From contig OZ024743.1 in NCBI GenBank assembly GCA_964016885.1, positions 336,598,001 through 336,662,000 on the forward strand: a stretch of DNA of 64,000 nt, in the 5' to 3' direction. Shown here piece after piece: positions 55,388 through 64,000 of this stretch. The notes beneath the pieces are model-generated. The model searched no databases and was not told the origin of the DNA. It worked only from the letters and a program-made list of their open reading frames with translations. This DNA comes from Eledone cirrhosa. Its lineage: Eukaryota. The translations under genes and the position numbers were made by a program. The stretch's first letter is position 1, and each line of letters starts with the position of its first letter.

Positions 55388-55624
55388 CCCTCTTCCTGCT
55401 ATATAAAGCGTTAACCTTATATATCCCTTCCATATACTGTACCGATTGTGCTGTTATTTCTGTTTACCTTTCACATACATACAGACATACTGGGATGACA
55501 CTGTGAGATGTGTGTATTTTTTTTTTAAATGCATATCAGCAGACTGGCCCGTCAGTTTCCTGTTTACGAGCGATCAATGGCCGGCTTTGCCATATTCAAA
55601 TATATATATATATATATATATATA

Positions 55625-57566
55625 TAAGAATATTCTCGATAGTATCATCCCTGGGCTACGAGATGATATCGCCTACAAGCTGTGGTCCAACAACGGCCAA
55701 GTCATCAGATGGTTCTCGGATCTAAGGTCCAAGGAATCTATGAAGTTCCTCCAATTTGACATTGACAGCTACTACGCTTCAATAACCCCGGCACTGCTTA
55801 ACAAAGTATTAACCCTAGCCAGCACCAACTCTGACACAACCAATAACGAGATTGACATCATACTTATGGCTAGGCAAACCATCATTGAATTCAACGGTTC
55901 ATTCTGGACTAGAAAGGACAGAACAGACAACTTCGACATCATTATGGGCTCAAGCGACTCTGCGCAAATCACCGATTTAGTTGGAATCTACCTATTACAT
56001 AACACCAGAGCCGAAATCTAACCATTGAACGGCGGAATATATAGGAACGACGCCCTATTTGCAGTCCACAATTACACTAATCGAGGCATTGACTTGCTCA
56101 AAAAACAATTACATAGATTTTTTTTAAATAACGGTCTCTCTATCACCATCGAGCCGAACCATAAGGTAGTAAACTTCCTGGACGTTACCCTAGATCTTAA
56201 CAATAACTTATATTACCCTTATCATAAACCAAGTGAAATACTTACATACTCCAACCACCCACCGGCAGTCATCAGAGCAGTCATCAAATCTATCTCGTAT
56301 AGGATCTCCATGCTATCCGCAAATGAGGAGATATTTATGAACCATGCGGCATATTATAATAAGGTCCTTTCTGAATCTGGTTATGAACAATCCATTTACT
56401 ACATACCTAAATGCCATAACACAGTACTTCACCACAACCATAATAAATTTAATACTAGAACTAGAAATACTTTAGCATATAGCCAGATACGCCGGAATTT
56501 TAGCAGTAACAGCACCTATACAAGGAACCTTAATGGTGGAAGAGGCCTACTTCCCACTCCCAGTAGCAGACTCAAAATCAACCCTAGAATAGGAATGAGC
56601 AATGGGATGACAAATAACAAACGCCCAGGTAATAATAACCCTATGAAGGCCCCTGCCAACTCCACTAGAACCCCTAGAAGGAATAGGTCTAGAAATATCA
56701 CCTGGCTTAACCCCCCATTCTCATCTAATTTAGCCACTAATATCGCTAAACGCTTCATCTCTATCCTATCTAAACATGTTCGACGTCTCTAGCTAGGCTC
56801 ATTAAAAACCTTAAATTAACCAACATTGAACACTCACTAACATGAAATATCTTGGCTAGAGCCCAAGCGTTCAATGGACGAAGAAACTCTTGTGATCACT
56901 GTCTGACCGAGGCCTATTACATAACGCTATCACGACCTCTACCGATTAACGATAGAAAGGAGGTAGCTATTAGCTGTCAACATCGAAGGGCAATTTCCTT
57001 CGCCAACAAAATATTTGACCCAACATAGTCATCTAGTCCCACTTTTACTTATAGCTAACATGTTAAATATTTAACCCTGACTTAGATAATTATAAGTTAC
57101 CTCCCTTACATTGTCTCTCACTTAAGCTCATTAGCACTTCTTAGCTATAAACCACCTATAATTTCTAATTTCTCGAGGAGTTACTCCCCCTGAAACCCGC
57201 CTCTAATTAGTTAGGTAAATATGGCCTTAGGCGGCCATCTTGTTACGCTTAGGCAGAGCTCGCATGATGCAGCCTCGACAGAAGAATATTGCTCGCCTAT
57301 AGCAGACAATAGATAGACCCAGGACACCATAGTGAAATATCAATATATGGAACATGACATTCATGTAACCATCTTTCTTTATCTTACTTTATATTCCTTA
57401 TTCCATCGTACCTTTATCAATATTTTCATTATCTCTTTTGAAATTCTGAAGAACTGCTCCATTTTTACCTAAGTTAATTATCTTCATCTGAACCAGATCA
57501 ATAAGTATCTATAATCATTTGATCCAGAAACATTATATGGAGTAGCGAAACAATTGTAAACGGACA
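55625..57566 (+). mobile_element. Hydra-like PLE, 5'-truncated with internal deletion
   Basis: FLQFDIDSYY, FDIIMGSSDSAQITDLVG, GIYRND, VNFLDVTL, SNHPP, ITWLNPPFS, CDHCLTE; starts in (TA)n. Confidence 0.88.
57444..57560 (+). ncRNA. Hammerhead motif with about 90-nt stem II insert
   Basis: CTGAAGA-A-CTGCTCCAT..ATGGAGTAG-C-GAAAC-AATT-GTA; stem I only about 2 bp. Confidence 0.6.
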
Positions 57567-57796
57567 TTATTATTATTATTATTGAATGCCATGGTTGACG
57601 GAGGCTCGGCTCTGTAGGGTACAGTAATTTTTAACCGCTATAACAATTGTAAATTGTTTAAAACTTTAACCAAATTGTAGATAAAAACACCCTCCTCCTC
57701 GTGAGAGGGGTCTTTCTGCCCGTTATTTGGTCCTTCGGGGTTAAATAACCGCTTATTGGGATTTTGTGCCCAATATTCATTTTAAACCAAAAAAAC

Positions 57797-59741
57797 ATGG
57801 CTACAAAAAAGAATTTTCACAAGTCACTCCCACTCATTCCGTCTTCTTCCTCAATCGTCACTACATCAGAGAGAAGATTGTCTCTCTCCCTCCCTTCTCT
57901 TTCGCAAGCGACGCCATTAAAAAAAAAGAAAAATATAGTTTCTGATAGCGTTCACCAACAGCACGTGCATTCCGTGGAACGTTTCTCCACGTCGACGACG
58001 ACAACGACGAAGAATGTGTGCGGTAAACACGGAAAGCCATTTCATTCGTCTGACATCATGAAGAATAGCAGTAGCAGCCGTAATAACAGCAGCAGCAGCA
58101 ACAATGACAAGGAAAACACTAGTAGCAGCCGCAACAACATCAGCAGCAGCATAAACAACAACAGCAGCAGCAACAACAGCAGCAGCAACAACAACAACAA
58201 CAACACAGCAACAGCGGCAGCGGCGGTGGCGGTCGTAGTACCAGCAGCAACAACCAAAGGAAACAGCAGCTCTGACGACAACAACAACAATAACAAGAAA
58301 GAAAAACCAATCTCGTTTGCAGGTATCGCAAAGAACCTGAAACCAAACAAATGAGGAATTACAGGAAGCAAAGAAGATAGTGACGAAAACCGGACACCGA
58401 GCAATCTGCAAGGCAGCCGAAAAAATGTTCGAAACCCAACAGCACTATACGGTCACGTACCGTACAGTAAGCACAAAATCCCATAGGGTTGAAAGACCCA
58501 CAGAGGCTCAAATACAAAAAGCCTTAGGGTCTGTGTGGCAGCGGAAAACGCATATCACCCGAGGCAATAAATATGCCACCGTGGACATGCTAAGGAGCGA
58601 GGAAATGGTGTTGGTGCCCTCCTACTGCGGGCAAAAAATTGTGAGGGTCAAACTGACCCCCCTCCCCCGGATGGCCCCTTCTTGGCTGGCCGCGTCTGTC
58701 CTCATCGGAATCGAGGACAAAACAACGGTACTGCAAGTACACCAGACAAAAGTACGAGAAGATTGGGTCGGCACCTCCATTGAGATGTTAATCCAAACCA
58801 ACCAGGAGTGCATCGAAGCTATCCCGGATGTGATAGACTTCGATAACGGCACTCAACTGCCCATAAGTGTTGAGGGCAAACGCCCGAAATGCTTTCGCTG
58901 TGGATCGAAGACTCACCTCAGGGCCTTCTGCAATGAGAAGACCCTGAGAAAGGAGAACCCCCCCCCCCTCCTTCCGAAACCGGCTCCATTGCTACCAGTA
59001 ACAGGACAGGCGGCAACCAGGAAGTATAGGTCCGTGGCACCCATACCCACGCCACGGAAATCAAGAACAGCAGCAGCAGTGGCAGTATTAACAACAACAA
59101 CAGTAATACCAACTGCAGCTGCAACAGAGCCTCCACTACAAACATCACCAACAACAACAAGTGAAAGAGTGGAGCTGATACCCCTCCCTGACCTCACAGA
59201 ATCGGACATGGAGTGTGAGGTGGGAGAGGGGTGGCAAAAGGTCGCAAGAAGGCACACACGCAGAAGCAGCGCATCGTCGCCTTCGAAAAGGGAGGAAAGA
59301 AATGAAAAAAGGGTAAAGGCTACTGCAAAGAGACTTACAACAGCAACACCACCAACACCATCACCACCCACACTAGCACCACCATCACCACCGGCGGCAA
59401 CCCCACCGCAAACAACAACAATACCTTCAACACCACCACTACAAGCACCAACATCGCAAACACAACAACAAAACACACACACCCAGCAACAACGACAAGA
59501 AAATATCAGAACCACACCCCACCCCCAGAAAAACAAATGCACAGCAATAAATACACACAACAAGAAACTAATGACTTACATAATTGAACACACAAACATT
59601 TCACAGCACGACTACATAATACCAGCACCAATCAAAACGCCAACGAACATAAGACTGGTAAGAATAGCACAGAAACAATACACAAACATTAAAACGAAAT
59701 TCCCCAACGCAGTTGATGATTTCAGAGACCTAGGAGGGTAA
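57797..59741 (+). pseudogene. Tx1/L1-like ORF1 (gag-like, CCHC knuckle), frameshifted near 58350
   Basis: ISFAGIAK motif, CFRCGSKTHLRAFC, S/N and P/T low-complexity tracts. Confidence 0.85.
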
Positions 59742-59913
59742 CTCAACCGGAGAGTATATTCGGATATACTCACAGAAGAGCCGACGACCAGCCGAAGGGA
59801 CGATTCAACGGTCCCTTCACCAGACGATCAAGTGAAAAGGGATGGAGAAACCATCCTTCCTCTACGAGAAGTAAGGTAAGTGGTCTTTCCCATCTTTTCC
59901 ACTCGATTTCAAC

Positions 59914-62900
59914 ATGACCTCATTCAGAATAGGCAGCATAAATGCGCGTGGCTTGGGGTCGTCATGGAAGCAGGGCCACCTGCTCAACGACCAGAGGTCA
60001 CTAAACATAAATGTAGTGGCCATCAGCGAGACCAGAATCTCTGAAGCACGGGCCTTCGCACCGATCTTCGGCGGTTACGATGTGTACGCATCTCCCAGCC
60101 GTCCTGGATCGGGGTGAGGAGTTGCTGTGCTTTTTCGGAGAGGTTTGGATCTCGCCATACGGGCCATCTTCCTGAACCCAGAACGTAAGTTGGTGGTGCT
60201 GGACGTGACCAGCGGAGACGGGAAAGCTTTCAGGCTAGTGGCCGTCTATGCCCCGACAGGAGCAGGGCAGGGAGCCTGATTTCTTCCGGCGCCTGGAGAC
60301 CTTTCTAGAAACGTCCCGCTCTTTAGTGTTAGTGAGCGACTGGAATGGGATCTTAGATGCACGCTGGGACTATGTAGGATTAGTGGATAGGGGAGGAGGG
60401 TGCAAGAGCCTCACCAACCTGCTCAGGCGTTTTGAACTGTCTGACAGGTACCGATTGGATTTCCCGAATGTGCCAATGTGGACTTGGGCAAACCGCATCG
60501 GGTCATCCAGATCATATCTAGATAGAGTATTTTGTAGGGAACTAGATAGGTCTAGCATAGGCTGTCCACAATTCAAGATAGTCAGCTACACGGACCACAA
60601 ATTTGTGATCTGTGTGCTTGACTTAGATAGGCTTCATAGACGAGGACCCGGCTACTGGAAGCTAAACGCGTCCTTACATGCGCGTAAGGCCTACAGAGAC
60701 CGGATTAGCGAACTAGATAAGCGAGCGTTGACGGGGGTCATCGTCAACAACAAGTGGTGGTTTGCTGTGAAGAGAGCGATTAGAATAGAGTCCATTAGGT
60801 TTAGTAAGGCTTTAGCTATAGAGAAAAATAGAGCAGAGGGAGAACTAGTTAGAAAATTAGACGAGGCCCTTAGCAAAGGCATCGCGTTGACATACTTGCA
60901 GCGAAATTGGCCCTTGACAAATTCTTCAATGCAAAGCACGAAGGCTGCATTGTCAGAGCTAGGGTGCGTGCTCTCAGACACGAGGGGACGAAAGCCGTTC
61001 AATGGGCCCGAGTGGCCGAGGCGCGTCGTGGCAACAAAGCCACGATCCGGTCTTTGGTGGACCACGACGGGCGCATGCTACTCGATCCCGGACAAATGTG
61101 TGAAACTTTCCAGCGACACTTCGCCCAGCTGTTCGAGGGCAGCGGTGGGCCGGATCGAGGGATGGACTTTAGTGTCTACCTCGACGGACTGTCGCGGCTC
61201 TCGACCACTCAGGTGGAGTGTTGCGAAAAGCCGATAACAGCCGCTGAAGTACGGGAGGCAATGACTGGCTGAACAAGGGGTAAATCGCCTGGTTTGGATG
61301 GTCTGCGCTATGAACTTTACGTACAGATGCCATACATGTTCGGAGGCCTCTTGGCGGACGTTACTGCAACTGGCAACAGAACGGGAGAATTCCCAGCTCT
61401 GTGAGCCGAGGAGCTGTGGTGCTGCTGAGAAAGGATCCGAACAAGGGGGATAACATAGATAACTTCAGGCCCATAACTCTGCTAAACACAGAGTTCAAAA
61501 TTTTGGCCAAGATGCTAGCAAAGAGGTTAGCGCTTGTCGTTGGTGGTCTGGTGTGAGAGGCGCAGACGTGCGCCATTCCCGACAGATCCATCCACGACAG
61601 CTTCCACCTCATGCGATGCATCGTAGAGAGGGTAGCTAGGGAACCTGGTACGGGTGGGTCCTTGATCAATTTATATCAGTCGAAAGCTTTCGATAGGGTC
61701 GACCATCGTTACCTAGCAGCAGTCCTGAGTGCGGCTGGCTTTGGGCCCGTCTTCAGAGGCTGGATCACTGCCATGCACAGCGACATCTGCTCTGTGGTGA
61801 GAGTGGAACGGTCACTTTTCGGAACCGTTCAACATCATGCGCTCGGTCCGCCAAGGATGTCCCCTCTCGTCCCTCTTGTACGTATTGACTCTCGAGCCAT
61901 TACTGCACAGACTGGAGACGTTGAGGGGCGTCCCGCGCGAACTAGGATGCGGAAGGTCCGTGTCAGCATATGCGGACGATGTCACCGTAGTGGTGTCGAA
62001 CGCCAAATACATCGAGGCGATCGGCACTACACTAAGAGAATACGAAGCGGTGACAGGAGCAATGATCAACCAGGGACGAGGTGACGAGCAGGGTGGCTTC
62101 TCTAACCCAGAAATAGGCGGAGAGGAAGCTATCCCTGAAAGGTCGAGCGGAGGTGGCTAACGCGTACATCGCGTCCGGCATCTACTACCGCCTGACCGTC
62201 GTAACTTGTCCTAAGCCCCACTTACTGCGCTGGAGCGTTTGCTCTTTCGCTTTTTGTGGAAGGGACGCGCTCCGATGATCAGGCGGTCCATCTGCTGTCA
62301 ACACCCACTACGTGGAGGACTGGACATGCCGTGGCTGGTGATGCGCAGACACGCGCTCAGGCTACAACATCTCCACCTCTTCCTTGACGGTGATCAGGTG
62401 TGGTCGCGTTTTGCTAGACGCGTCTTTTCCCAGATCGTCTCCTTGACCGAGCTGCAGTCCTGGGTCAAGCGAAGACCGAGAGGGAGCGCTTGGAGACTGG
62501 AATGTCTTCAGGCGCTCACAGTCCTCGACGAATCGGGCAATGTGACCGGTGAAAACTCCACCTTGGCGTTCTATAGAGGATTAGTGGAGGGGAAGAGCGA
62601 CGACGTACTTGGAGAAACTCTAGGCGTCGACGAAAATCAACTAGCCAATCTCTTCGGAAGAACTTTCGGGCCGGGGCCTATGGACAATTTCCAGAAATCC
62701 CTCGTCTGGCAGTGCTACCGAGGAGCTTTGCCAGTTCGGGATAAACTCTACAGGCATAGAGGTGCCGTCAGCCGAGCATGTCCGAGATGCGCGTAGGGCT
62801 TAGATACCGTCCTGCACGCACTCGTCCAGTGCCCGAGCATTGCTGACTTGTGGGCTTATGTCGAACACCTGCTGTCACGTGTAGGACGGATCCAGTTATC

Positions 62901-63195
62901 AGCTGAGTCCATCGTGAGGATTGCCCCGCCGTCTTCCTTTAGCCGGGAAGGGCAGGCAGTTTTTATCTGTCTGGTGGCCATGGCGAAAGAGATAGTATGG
63001 TGGACACGTTTGAAAGGGTTGAAGACGAGCACTTACCTCTTGGGTGATGCCCTGATTAACTTTTTCAAATTTCATTTGAAAATTAAATCAGGGTAGAAAG
63101 GTAAGTGCTCTCTTCCCAGCATTTTGTTTAAAGATGGGTGAGGTAGGCAAGTATGGCCCGAGTGAATGGGCCTACTCTGAGTATGTGTCTCTAAA
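59914..63195 (+). pseudogene. Tx1/L1-like ORF2 (AP endonuclease, RT, C-terminal zinc finger), disrupted
   Basis: SINARGL, AISETR, DWN, SYLDRV, TDHK; KSPGLDGL, FRPITLLN, KAFDRVDH, VRQGCPLS, AYADD; CPRC..HALVQC. Confidence 0.92.
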
Positions 63196-63460
63196 TTAAA
63201 GGTGGAAAACTGGGAGAGGGCACTTGCTCTGGTGGTCAGCGTCACTGTGGCCTTTTAATGGGCTTTATCCACAAATGTCCCTCGGAAGTTTCCCCCCTAT
63301 TGGGGAATTTTTCATTGTTATTTTTTTGTTACATCCTCTGTTTTTGTTTTTTTTACACGCTGAAATGCCCATTTGTACCGTCCTGTACTGTCCTGAATGT
63401 CTACTTTATGTAAACCCATGTGGTTAATAACGAAAGCATTATTATTATTATTATTATTAT

Positions 63461-63975
63461 TCTTTGAGTCTCAGTCATTGATGTTAGTTAACTGGAAAGT
63501 TTGTTGAAATGAATATCAAGCCACTACCTGCAGCCTCAGATATTCAGGACGTATCGGAGGGTTCTTGCTGTTCCCAGCAAGCATGCCTTTTGAAGCGTTC
63601 CAAAAAGCGTGAAGGGGCCAATTTTCTTTAACCATCTCTGGAAACTTTTTGAGATAGTCCCTAGTGCGCCTATGACAATCGGGATCACTTTGACTCCATG
63701 GCAGTTCCAAATCCTTTTTACCTCCTACTTTAAGTCCTGGTATCGGTTAATTTTCTCCCTCTCCTTCTCTTGCACTCTCGTGTAGAATGGGCAGGCCACA
63801 TCCACAATCAGACACGATCTTTTTTCTTTGTCCACAACCACCAGGTCAGGTCTATTGTGTTCCAGTTTCTTGTCCGTCTGTATCCTAAAATCCCACAGCA
63901 CCTTCACCTGATCGTTTTCTATCACCGACTCTGGCTTATGCACATACCACTTCTCAGAATGTGATAAATTTGTTT
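63461..63975 (-). mobile_element. Dong/R4-like non-LTR 3' fragment in (TAA)n
   Basis: WYVHKPESVIEND..LWDFRIQTD..NRPDLVVVDK..IVDVACP..EKINRYQDL (PD-D restriction-like endonuclease); TAA repeats on both sides. Confidence 0.88.
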
Positions 63976-64000
63976 ACTTATTATTATTATTATTATTATT

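Larger units (their letters stand above)
57584..63437 (+). mobile_element. Near full-length Tx1/L1-like non-LTR retrotransposon in an (ATT)n tract
   Basis: Two-ORF layout; C(ATT)n on both flanks (57565-57583, 63437-63460). Confidence 0.9.

Noticed and set aside
57917-59563. Antisense poly-Leu/Val/Cys ORFs
   Set aside because: Shadows of the CAG/AAC-rich low-complexity regions of ORF1.
58352-61560. In-frame TGA codons as selenocysteine or readthrough
   Set aside because: They coexist with TAG stops and frameshifts, so ordinary decay explains them; no SECIS was recognised.

Overview
Repeat-saturated, AT-rich, microsatellite-dense animal DNA. It is most likely a cephalopod (octopus-type); this is inferred from the Nin-domain tRNA-SINE family and the TA/CA/TATG microsatellite load, not proven. 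Most of the window is decayed retroelements. These are Penelope-like elements (PLEs; RT plus GIY-YIG) of at least four types with direct and inverted pseudo-LTRs sitting in (TA)n, a minus-strand stack of RTE LINEs, a near full-length Tx1/L1-like element, R4/Dong-like and CRE-like 3' fragments, two non-autonomous Helitrons and many SINEs. No intact transposon ORF was found. The most notable signal is about 20 type I hammerhead ribozyme motifs in PLE pseudo-LTR-like segments. Three unrelated repeat families carry the compensatory U3-A8 core (UUGANAA), two carry a C4 core, and several have long stem II inserts. One fold-back inversion is centred exactly on a hammerhead stem III palindrome. Four minus-strand segments with splice signals may be exons of a host gene for a secreted Cys-containing protein (51844 to 28135). 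All folds and family assignments were read by eye, and element boundaries are approximate.
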